The position numbers and the translations under genes were made by a program. The notes beneath the pieces are model-generated. The model did not search any database, was not told the origin of the DNA, and saw only the letters and a list, made by a program, of their open reading frames with translations. Positions 52,808-64,000 of a DNA stretch of 64,000 bases are shown in pieces (position 1 is the stretch's first letter; every line of letters begins with the position of its first letter). The stretch comes from Azolla caroliniana (Eukaryota; Plantae; Polypodiophyta): the NCBI GenBank assembly GCA_043228905.1, contig JBHGNT010000001.1, positions 22,692,001-22,756,000 on the forward strand, written 5' to 3'.

Positions 52808-55045
52808 TGTTACGGAAACGAATCGTCAATCCACAAGAAAAGGAGTACACTAAAATACAGAACTCAGAAACACAAAAAAGAGTGTACATAGATTTAAAGT
52901 GGAAACCCTAAAATGGGAGAAAACCACGGAGAACGGAGCTTCACTATACAATGGATATACAATGACGAGATTAGAGTACAACACTCTCTATACAGTGTAA
53001 ATAGCCTCGCAGGGCTCTTGGCGTATGCTGTTACTGAACGCAACTATGGTGCCGCTCGCTCTGCTCTCTCCTCTCTCTTCTCGCTCGATGGCGCTCACAC
53101 CATTCTGTTCTCAACTCTACATCTTCTATACATTGTTTGACCTAGGTCTATTTATACTAATACACAATATTGGCTATTTACGAATGTAGCCCCTACTACA
53201 CATCACTACTATTATTATCTATAATAATAAGTAGCCATTAGCTGACTCTATTATTTGTCGGCCTGATCATCGACCATCCGGTTGGCCCAACTAGTCAAGC
53301 GTGTCTTCGACCTGGATCTCCTTTCTGTCGACTCACCTAGTTGACTCTCACAATTGACTTTCGAGTCAGTCGACTCTTCAATCTTAGACTATCTGCACTT
53401 CTTGGTCCAAACAATCGGCTCCTCTCACTGGAGGGACATATTCCCAACAAAATCCCCCTTCACTCATGTGGTGAGGCGTTTGTTACTCCTATCCTCTATC
53501 GAGAGACTCTGAGTCGGTCCATCGATAGGTTCTTTGTCAGCATGTCCGATCCATTATCGTCAATATGGATCTTCACGAGGGTAAACTCTCCTTCTTCGAC
53601 TTCTCCTGCAACTAGTGATACCTTCTCTGTATGTGCTTGGTCTGGGAGTGGTATGCAACATTCTTGGCTAGATGTATGGCACTCTAGTTGTCACAATGAA
53701 GCAAGAAATCCCTTTGCTTCATCACCAACTCACTGAGAAATTTTCTCATCCAAATAAGTTCCTTGCCAACCTCTACCATTGCCACGTTTTCTGCCTCTGT
53801 GGTCAACAAAGCCACAAACTTCTGCAGTCATGAGTGCCATGACACTGCTCCCCCTGCATAGGTCATCACGTACCCAAACATGGATCAGCTTGAGTCAACA
53901 TCCCCAGACATATCCGAGTCGGTAAACCCTTCGAGCATGGGTTTTCCGACACCATACATAAGACACATACCCGAGGTGCCTTTTAAGTACCTTAGTATCC
54001 ATTTCACCACTGCCCAATGTTGTCGTCGTGGATTACTCATGTATCAGCTTACTGTTGTCACAACAAATACTATGTCTGGTCTCGTACAGACCATAACATA
54101 CATTAAGCCACCGACAACTGATGCATATGGTACTTTCTTCATCTTAGCCTTTTCATTCTCCCTTCTCGGGCATTGCTTTGCATTCAACTTGTGGTTAGTC
54201 AATAACACAAAGGTGACTGACTTTGCTTCCTGCATGTTGAATCTTTGTAGGATCTTCGTCACATATTTCTCTTGCGACAACCACAACACTTTCTTAGTTC
54301 TGTCGCGAACTATGTGCATCCCTAAGATCTGTTTAGCTGGTCCAAGATCTTTCATGGCGAACGATTTGCCTAGAGCTTTCTTCAAGCTTTTGATCTTCCT
54401 TATATCTTGACTGACTATCAACATGTCATCTACATATAACAAGAGAATCAAGAAGTCACCTTCATCGTACCTTTTGATGAACCTATGTTCCACCATGAAG
54501 AACTTGAATTTCTTGTACCATTGGCGTGGAGCTTGTTTCAGGCCATACAAGCTTTTCTTCAGTTGACACACCAGATTCTCTTTCCCTTTCTCCATAAATC
54601 CTTCAAGTTGTTGCATGTAGATCTCTTCATCCAGCTTCCCATGCAAGAATGTCGTCTTGACATCCAACTATTCGATTTCCAGATCCATATTGGCAGCAAT
54701 GCTCAGAACAGTTCTAATGGATGTCATCTTCAGGACTGGAGAGAATATTTCGTCAAAGTTGACACCATTTTTCTGTTGGAAACCCTTCACCACAATGTGG
54801 GCTTTATACCTAGGTGCACTGTCGACTTCTCCAATCTTCACCTTGTAGACCCATTTATTCCTAAGTGCTCTCTTACCTTTCGGTAGTTCTACTAGGTCAT
54901 AGGTCTAGTTCTCATGCAAGGAGTCCATCTCATCCTGCATTGCACTAAACCATTTTTCTTTGTGCTTGTCGGCAATGGCTTCGTCATAGCACTCAAGTTC
55001 ACCTTCATTAGTCACGAGGATGTATTGACTAGCATATGTCGTCGG
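52808..55045 (-). mobile_element. 3' part of a copia element (RT, RH, PPT, 3' LTR 52808-53449)
   Basis: MDVKTTFLHG, LYGLKQAPRQW, YVDD; LTR of the tgttggg..gtccctcc family. Confidence 0.92.
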
Positions 55046-55351
55046 TGTCACGGACAAGTATAATAGAGTAGAGCGAAGACAAGACTAGAAAACAAGAGAG
55101 AGGAAAAGAACAAGAACTTAACTTATAGAATCCGTAACTGGTGGTGTTCACCTTGATTAGAATCAAGGTGCACCTAAGTATTTATACAAGAAGGTAGGGC
55201 TATGTAAGCCAGCTAGAAATAGAGTATGCATGAGGATGCATGCAATAGAGAATGCATGAGAATGTGCGCGAGCTAGAAATGACGATGCATGCAATCTAGG
55301 AACTTCCAATGTTCAATCTACACTACATGAAGTTGGATTTGGTACAAGGAA

Positions 55352-55415
55352 GCATATGTAGGTCAATTGGTAGGGTAGAGACCATGAGGTCTTTAGGTCA
55401 ATCCCTACCTCTGTG
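55352..55415 (+). promoter_or_regulatory. Degenerate tRNA-like A/B-box module in gypsy D LTR (antisense to the element)
   Basis: A box TAGGTCAATTGG 55359-55370; B-like GGTCAATCCC 55396-55405 (one base short, closer spacing). Confidence 0.45.
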
Positions 55416-56063
55416 GCATATGTCTATGACATAATCCTCCCTTTGAGGCCGCCTCCTAACACCCGTGATCGGCTTATGAGGGTATCGTTGATGAAAAGCG
55501 TGACTCGCCTCCTCTGCATTTTGTAAATGTTTAACTGGTTCCCATGTGGTGTCCAAAAGAGGGTAACCTTTCCATAAGACCAAGTATTGAAGTCTTCGTC
55601 GACGCAAGTGGGAGTCGAGGATGCGTTCAACCTCGTACTCCTCACCTGTCGATAACTCCATGGGCGGCGACGACGGAGGTTGTCGTCCTGGAATGCGAGA
55701 AGGATGGTAGAGTTCAAGGAGAGACACAAGGAAAACATTATGAAGCCGAAATGTGGGAGGAAGTGCTAACTAGAAGGTGTCTGGGTTAACGCGCTCGAGG
55801 ATACGGAAGGGGCCTAGATTTTTGTAGTCGAGCTTCGCGTAGGGACGGGTGGTTGCGATGCGGTGACATAGCAGCCAAACCATGTCACCGACTACGAAGG
55901 TCGACGCGACCGAGCGATGTCGGTCAACGTGAGCTTTATACTGTTTGCCAGCGGCACGGACCTTGAGGGAGAGGTCACGATGGACATCTTGTAAGGTGTG
56001 GGAATTCCTCTCGACCGATGGATTGACAGAAATCTCCGGATTGGAAATGCTAAAACGAGGGTG

Positions 56064-56618
56064 GAAACCGTAGTTTGCAAAGAATGGGTAAACCTTAGTT
56101 GAGGCATGGATACTATTATTGTAGGAAAATTCCGCCATGGCAAGGAAGTCCATCCAATCGTCTTGTTCGTAGTTGAAACCGTAGTTTGCAAAGAATGGGT
56201 AAACCTTAGTTGAGGCATGGATACTATTATTGTAGGAAAATTCCACCATGGCAAGGAAGTCCATCCAATCGTCTTGTTCGTGGCTGAAACCGTAGTTTGC
56301 AAAGAATGGGTAAACCTTAATTGAGGCATGGATACTATTATTGTAGGAAAATTCCGCCATGGCAAGGAAGTCCATCCAACCGTCTTGTTCGCCGTTGAAA
56401 CCGTAGTTTGCAAAGAATGGGTAAACCTTAGTTGAGGCATGGATACTATTATTGTAGGAAAATTCCGCCATGGCAAGGAAGTCCATCCAATCGTCTTGTT
56501 CGTAGCTGAAACCGTAGTTTGCAAAGAATGGGTAAACCTTAATTGAGGCATGGATACTATTATTGTAGGAAAATTCCGCCATGGCAAGGAAGTCCATCCA
56601 ATCGTCTTGTTCGTAGCT
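56064..56618 (-). repeat. 5 x 111 bp in-frame tandem repeat in integrase
   Basis: 37-aa unit SYEQDDWMDFLAMAEFSYNNSIHAS.KVYPFFANYGF repeated five times. Confidence 0.97.
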
Positions 56619-58487
56619 GACTTTACACCGGAGGTATTGTTTGAGGATTTGGTTGACTCTTTCGGTTTGCCCATTAGTTTGAGGGTGGTATGCGGTTGAC
56701 AAGCTCACAAAAGTCTTGAATGTTTGTAGAAGTGGGCACCAGAAGTGGGAGATAAATTGAGGAAGTGACATCCTTAGGGAAGCCATGTAATTGGACAATA
56801 GTTTTCGGAAAAAGGTTGGCCATCTACTCCCTCGAAATGGTTTTCGAACATGGGACAAAGTGAGCCATCTTCGAAAACCGATCGACGACCACTAGCACCG
56901 TGTCATGGTCATCGACCCGAGGAAGGTTGATGATAATGTCCATGGAGAGAGATGTCGAAGGTCGACTGCGAATTGGAAGTGGGTGTAGAAGGCCGTATGG
57001 ACGATGGTGAGCCGCTTTGGAGCGAGCACAGATGTCACAAGTTTTGATAAATTCTTTGACCAATTTCCAAGGTTGGCGCCACCAAAACCACCGAGACAAC
57101 AATGCCAACGTTTTCGCGACCCCAAAGTGTTTGACAAGAGGATCATCGTGGCAACTTTGTAGTACTCAGATGTGACATGTGCCAACTGGTACATAAAGGA
57201 GGTGATTACGATAGAGTAGCCCATCCTTAGTTCTAAAGTGACTGAGATCCGAGCTTTGCATTTCTTGGGATGGGTTGTTAAGGTACGCCATGATGTTAGT
57301 AGCGAAAGGGTCCAACATGGTTGCTTGGGCGATCTCGTTGAGCAAGGAATCATCATGCAACATATAGGTTGCGAACATGTGGAGTTGATCGGGCCGCAAT
57401 AAACAATGCGATTGCTGAGAATATGCGTCGTCACCTGGGCGTAGTACAAAGTCGGGTCAGCAAGAGAGAGCATCCGCTTTCCCATGTTGAACGCTGGGTC
57501 GAAACTAGATTTCAAAGTCATAGTCGGCGAGAAAAGATGACCAATGAGCTTGCCTCAGATTCAACATATGAGTTGTGGTGAAGTAGATAAGATTCTTGTG
57601 GTCGGTAAGCAGCTGAATACAATGTTGGGCCCCAACCAAATAGGGTTGCCATTCGGCGAAGGCTGAGATGATAACTGTAAGCTCCTTGTCGTAGAACGGA
57701 TAATTAATTTCTGGGGCTATAAACATCCGAGAGTAAAAGGCGACCGGATGAAGGGTTCCATCGTCGTCGGGTTGAGACAAGACCAGAACTATGGCAAAGT
57801 CGGAGGCGTCGGTTTCAACCTGGAAAGGGTGGGTGGGGTCAGGGTGGACTAACATGGGGGCCGAGAGAAAAGCTTCTTTGAGGGCATTAAAAGCATTGTG
57901 TGCCGTAGGGGTCCAAAGAAATGGAGTATCTTTCCGGCTAAGCTAAATGAGAGGTTGGACAAGGGAAGAGAACCCATCTATAAATCGTCTATAAAAATTT
58001 GCAAAACCATGAAATGATTGTACCTCTTTCAGCTAAGTCGAGAGAGGCCAATTAGTGATTTATGCTACTTTGCGTTCATCCATTGTGATCTCGGTAGGTG
58101 AGATCATGTAACCTTGGAATTCGACAGAGGTTCGATCGAATTCGTATTTCTCACTTTTGGCGAAGAGCCCATATTCGTAGAGTTTGGTGAGAACCAGCCG
58201 GACATGGTGTGCGTGCTCCTCCCAGTTGGAAGAAAAAACTAGGATGTTGTCAAGGTAGATGACCACGAAATGATCGAGATACTCTCGAAAAATATCATTC
58301 ATCTGTGCTGGAAGATGACCGGAGCATTGGTAAGGCCGAATGGCATCACTTTGTACTCGAAATGTCCATAGTGCATTGTCCTAACGATTTTCGGCTACGG
58401 TGTGGAACCGAGTGAGACGAATAAACCAAGGTTGCACATGCACTTAGCGAATAAATCTAAGGCCTAGTGGCACTTGAGTTCATACAG

Positions 58488-58560
58488 AGGGGTGCAAGCA
58501 AGGTTTGAACCATGCACCTCTAAGATACAAGATGTTTGCCTTACCACTAGGACAACTATC
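58488..58560 (-). promoter_or_regulatory. tRNA-like Pol III A/B-box module in gypsy C LTR (antisense)
   Basis: A-like TGTCCTAGTGG (58554-58544), B box GGTTCAAACCT (58511-58501), 43 nt spacing, CCT/AGG D-stem. Confidence 0.7.
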
Positions 58561-61500
58561 ATATAGTGTAAATTTTATGTATTTCCTTTTCAAATACGAA
58601 TTATAGATGAAACAACCATAGAAAATCATGTGCACAAAACCATGGTTCTAAACCCATGGATTGTGCAACGCATCACCAATGCAGCACCCTCTGGGAGGAG
58701 CAAGTCACACCTGGGTATAGGAACATGCCACCAACTGCCGAGAAAGGCGAATCCAGCATCCATTGTTTCGTTTGCAAACAACTTGGACATTACGCCACTC
58801 AATGTCCACTCCACAAGGGCAAGGGGCCCACCATCAATACGATTATGGCAGAAGTTCAGCAAGTTACAACAAGATAGCAAACGAAAAATGCTAATTGGGC
58901 CGTGCAAAATGAGATACGTCAGACGGCCCAAGCATGGGTCGTAAAAGCGAATGCGGAAAATACGGAACGCATGCGGCAGGAGTCCGCGAACAATGTGGGG
59001 CCATTGGAGGAAGATGCAATATCTCCAGATCCCATATGGCAAGCATTGGCAGGTTGCGAGATAACACTGACCATGGAGAAGCTACTTCAACTAGTCCCAC
59101 GGTTCCGCCAGGCCGTAGAGGATCGCATAACGGGCAGACCGGGGGTAAGCATCTCCACCAACTTTACGGACACCAGCGCCGGACCAACGGTGGTGGATCA
59201 CCACAATCCGGCTATTAAGTTGATATTACACGGTCAAGAAATCACAGGATGCGTAATCGATGGCAGCTCTGGCGTCAATGTAATTAGCACGAAGACATGC
59301 GAACAATTGGGAATTTCAAAATGGGAAGCTTGCCCGTTTTGGCTTCGCATGGCAGATACCCGCTTAGTTAGGCCTTTAGGCGTAATATGAAAATTAGGCA
59401 TTATCATTGGCGAACATCGCTTCGACGTCTCGGCGGTAGTCCTTGCTCTCGACGCCCCAGGAGCGTATCCTATGCTGCTTGGTAGACCTTGGCTTCGTTC
59501 AACGAATATCAAACAGAGCTGGCAACATAACTGCATCAGTTTTCGACGCGGACGCATAAGGGTTTGCGTACCCACAGAGGAAATGGCGGCACAACCCAAG
59601 GGCATAACACCATTATACGCGGAAGATTTAAATATGTTGGTTGGGGTGGATGATACAAAATTAGAAGTATACCTCGACGAGCACCCCCAAATCATTCTGC
59701 TATTTGAAATCGACGTCATAGAAACCGCGGCGGATTACGCCACACCTACTACGCTCCACGACGAGGCTTACGAACCAGACCCAGACTCAATATTAGAATT
59801 AAGCAGAGCACGGGCGGCGTTTGAGAGGGAAATGGGAATTTCACGACGAGTCGCTGCCTCAGCCCTAGAAGAAGTAAACGTAGGTATGACGTCAGACCCC
59901 CGATTCCTCTCCATCGCAAAAGAATTACTGCCGGATTAGAGAGAGGCAACGATAGCACTACTTAGGAAGTATAAAGATGTGTTCGCTTGGTCCCACAAGG
60001 ACATGAAGGGATTAGATCCAAAGTTCTATCAACATAAGATCAATTTAGCGACCGATGCGAAACCGGTCCAACAACATCGATACCGCATGAACCCAAATTA
60101 TGCAGCTCGCGTAAAAGAAGAAATTGACAAACTCCTCAAGGACGGATTCATTCAACCAGTCAAACAAGCTACATGTATAAACCCGATAGTAGTCGTACCA
60201 AAGAAAAAGGGCAAAATACGTGTGTGCGTGGACTACTAGAAATTGAACGTCGTAACCATTATAGACGTGTTCCCTTTACTTTTCACCGACAGCGTACTAA
60301 ATGCCATCGCATGGCATGACATGTACAACTTTCTAGATGGCTTCAGTGCGTACAATCAAGTACGCATGCACCCCGACGACCTAGAGAAGACGATGTTTGT
60401 CACGGACTGGGGAGTCTATGTCGCGGTCGTCATGATGTTCGGGCTAAAGACGGTGCTGGCTACATTTCAACGGACAATCACGGACATTTTTGGGGAATAT
60501 ATACTTGCCTTCATGCAGGTCTTTTTAGATGATTTTGCGGTATATGGGATAGTAGTCGAACATTTTATGCATCTACAACTTTGCTTGGAGCGTTGCCGAA
60601 CTACACGCTTAAGCCTGAATCCCGCCAAATGCGTCTTCGGCGTCACCAACGGGGCCCTCCTCGGCCACCTAGTTAGTAAGGAGGGGATAGCGGTCGATCT
60701 GAACAAAATCTCCGCGATTTCTCACGCAAAAACATGGACAAATGCCAAAGCACTCAACGGGTTTCTAGGACAAATACGATGGCACAACCGGATGATACGC
60801 TATTTGGCGGATTTCGCCACACCATTACATGCCGTCGTTCATCGTACTCCTTTCAAATGGACAACAACAGAAGAGGAGGCATATGATGCGCTAAAAATAA
60901 TGCTAACGCAGGCACCGGTCATATAACCACCAGTTTGGGCCAAACCATTTCACGTGTTTGTGGATGCCTCAGATATAGCAATAGGTAGTGCGTTGATGTA
61001 GCTCACGGAGCCAAATTGGTATCGACCAATGTGCTACGCTAGTCAGAAACTATCAACGGTTGAGCGTAACTATTCCACAACAGAACGTGAAGTGTTGGGT
61101 ATTATATACAACATCAATAAATTCCGGCATTATCTACTAGGGTGAAAATTCACATTCCACGTGGATCATACAACATTGCTATATCTGGTGGGGAAACAGG
61201 CACTGACGGGAAAATTGGCTAGATGGATGTTGTTGCTCCAAGAATTCGACTTTGTAATTCAGCACCAACCGGGTACGCAACACGTGGTGGCAGATTACTT
61301 GAGCAGATTAGATAATGGAGAAGTGGCGCAAAAAGATGACAATGACTTTTCGGATGCGGAAATTCTGCATATAGCAACTTTAGCAGCAAGAACAGAAAAG
61401 ACTTTTCCGGATCAGTGGTTGATGGAAATGACCTACTTTCTGACCACGGGGTTACCACCACCCCAACTAAGGATGAACGAGAAAAAACGGCTAGCTGTAT

Positions 61501-63085
61501 GGAGTCGTAATTTTTGTTTAGTCGAAGATGTCCTATATCATAAAGGTAGTGACGGCATCTGGAGGCGCGGAATACGGCAGGATGAGAAGGCAGTGGTTTT
61601 ACGCGAAGCCCACTGTGGTACGGTGGGAGGACATTACGCGGGCGATGTTACGGCCCAGAAAATCTGGCAAGCAGGACTTTGGTGGCCAACGACACAAAAG
61701 GATGCGTATGAATATTGCAAACAGTGTGATTTATGCTAACAGATGGGCCAACCCACGGAAGTCGCGAGAATGCCACATCAACCGGTGTTGCTGTTGGATC
61801 CTTTCCAAAAGTGGGGGCTAGATTTTGTGGAACCCTTTACCCCGGCGGCTACTCGAACTAGCAATAAGTATATCCTCGTGGCTACGGATTACTGCACCAA
61901 GTGGGTAGAAGCGAAACCACTACGCAAAATAATGCGGCAATCATGGCGAAATTCCTTTACGAACATATCCGGTGTCGTTTTGGCTACCCTATCGAGCTCA
62001 TTAGTGACCAAGGGAGTTACTTTCTGAATATGGTCATCAACAAACTGACCCAACACTACGTTGTGGTTCACAAAAAGAGTACGTCGTATTACCCACAGGC
62101 AAATGGCTTGGCCGAATCCACGAACAAAACATTACAAACTATCCTCAAAAAGATAGAAAATGAGAACATAACAAATTGGGATACCAAATTGCACAATGCG
62201 TTATGGGCATATCGAACTAGCTATAAGACTAGCATACAATCCACGCCTTTCAGGCTAGCATTTGGGCTGGAGGCCGTAATGCCAGTTCAATTCCAGGTAC
62301 CCAGTCGGCGGATTCAAGTACGAGACTGGCTGCTAGAGGGCAAATCCGAACAAATACGACTACAACAATTGCTAGAACTAGGCAAAACCCAGGTACGCAG
62401 TATGGCCATATTGGAACAAGAACAATGGTGGCGCAAAGCATTCGTGGACTGACATTGGCATGCGCGTGAAAAGGATTTTACGGTCGAGAAGGCGGTATTA
62501 GTTTTTCAAACACGCATGGGGCAAATGCCAGGAAAATTAAGATTTCGCTAGATAGGCCTGTATTGGATAGTTGGAGCAGAAAACAACACATTTCAACTTG
62601 GCACCTTGGCCGGAGAGGTGCTCCGACAAAAGGTGAATGGGTTTCGCTTAAAACCCTACTTGGGGCCTACGCCATTTAACCCGTTCCCCGCCGGACAGGA
62701 TAAAGCCGGCGAATCTGTGGAGTAAGTATAGGGCCCTACTTGTACCATAGTGTAAAAATAATATTGTATGTAACCATTACGAAAAGAAAAAAAAAAAGAA
62801 AAAAAAAGAAAAAAGAAGAAAAAAAGAAGAAGATAGCGACACTATTAAAAGGACTTGATGCATGCACAAACTTCTAGAGCAAGAACACGTGGCACCTCGA
62901 TGGCTCACAGACCAATGAACCCTAGGCCACAAAAAGAAGAAAATAGAAGGTTTTCTGCACAATACAGAAACCAACCTTCTAACTCTCATCACTCCCCTCA
63001 CTCACCTTCCTCTCCATCTTACCACAGAGCCCAAGTTCGCCATAGCCAACATACCTCACCTACTATCCACTAGTCTCACCCTCCT

Positions 63086-63940
63086 ATGATGTTGATCCCT
63101 ATTTCGGCCGCCTTGCGTAGATGGCTCGTCGAAAAGGGTCTGGATGGATACATCAAAGTCGCCGAGGCACCTACTCATCCTGAAGCCCTGAACATCGCCA
63201 AGAAACTCAATATAGAAACGGTCACCAACTCATCAATTCGGAAGAAACTTGACCTGTCATCGCTCGGAGAAAGACATTTTGACATTCCTCCTACGGAAAC
63301 CTTGCAGAGATATTTCGGGGCATATTCGGCGTCTGCCAAGGCATACAGGACAAAGGAAATCCCCGATCCCTTATTTCGCGAAATAGACATGTTCTTGTTG
63401 GAAGTCGGATGTGTGCACCTCTGGGATGCCAAAACAGAAGGCAGGCATCATCATTGATACCTTTGAAGGGCGTGCGGTTGATTGGGGGTCATTACGGGAC
63501 CAACGTTACGAGAAGGCCTGCACGCGTATCAAGGCGGAAAAAAGCTAAGGCCAATCATACAATAGTATCTGACGATACTATTCCCACCCCGGGGTCTGCC
63601 CGCATCACAGCCCAGCAAGCCCAAGCTGCCACCACATTCCACGAAACGGAGGTTAGCGGAATTGGCCACCACAGAATGGGAGGATGGACCCCAATCAGAC
63701 CAAACCAACACACGGACAACACATGAAGAACGGCCGGAGCACAGGGAAGAAGCCCCGCAGGAGCAAGAAGCCGAGCAATGGCAGGAAAGCCCGAGGCTGA
63801 AACGGTGGAGGCTGGAAAGTAAAGATGGGCGCGAATTAGTTAAAGACACACTCGCGGCCAAAAAGACAATCGTTGTAACTACGGAGCCCAACACCACTTT
63901 CGAAATAATCCGGGAACCACGGCCGATTATTATAGCCTAG
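63086..63940 (+). pseudogene. Extra ORF downstream of gypsy C pol, unknown function
   Basis: Sense ORF pieces 63086-63457 and 63662-63940 after the pol stop and an A-rich spacer. Confidence 0.5.
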
Positions 63941-64000
63941 TCTCAGCAGGGGAAAGGCGTATTTACGACAGAAAGCGAGGTCTTGAAGGATCCGGACATT

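Larger units (their letters stand above)
55046..58376 (-). mobile_element. 3' part of a gypsy chromovirus (family D): RT-RH-INT-chromodomain, PPT, LTR 55046-55431
   Basis: YLDN, ETDASDFA, YDKEL, YHPQTNGQTER; chromodomain EYEVERILDS..QYLVLWKGY..TWEP. Confidence 0.94.
58377..64000 (+). mobile_element. Non-chromovirus gypsy C: partial 5' LTR joined to gag end, PR-RT-RH-INT, extra 3' ORF; runs off window
   Basis: LTR start tgtcctaacgattttcggc resembles family B; CFVCKQLGHYATQC, IDGSSG, LLGRPW, FLDD, WGLDFV, YYPQANG. Confidence 0.92.

Overview
Eukaryotic, transposon-saturated plant DNA with no intact host gene. The element lineages (Tcn1-like chromoviruses, a tRNA-Trp-primed gypsy, RTEX-like LINEs) suggest a non-seed land plant, probably a moss; this is inference. 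The window is a nested stack. One hAT transposase gene is spread over 9.5-42.6 kb in five pieces. It is split by a chromovirus, a copia solo LTR, an LTR-mediated inversion, a 16.6 kb TIR element with GGG..CCC ends, 4-bp TSD and Sola2-like DDD transposase, and an 11 kb non-autonomous hAT carrying ARL8 exons. Also present are three largely complete and two partial copia elements, four gypsy elements, LINEs, MITEs and tandem arrays. Most boundaries are supported by TSDs read directly from the sequence. The most notable observations are (1) an antisense tRNA-like Pol III A/B-box module in the LTRs of all four gypsy families, and (2) a Sola2-like element in a plant that carries a RING-finger second gene and a URB2-like host fragment. 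Family names come from motif recall, not database searches.
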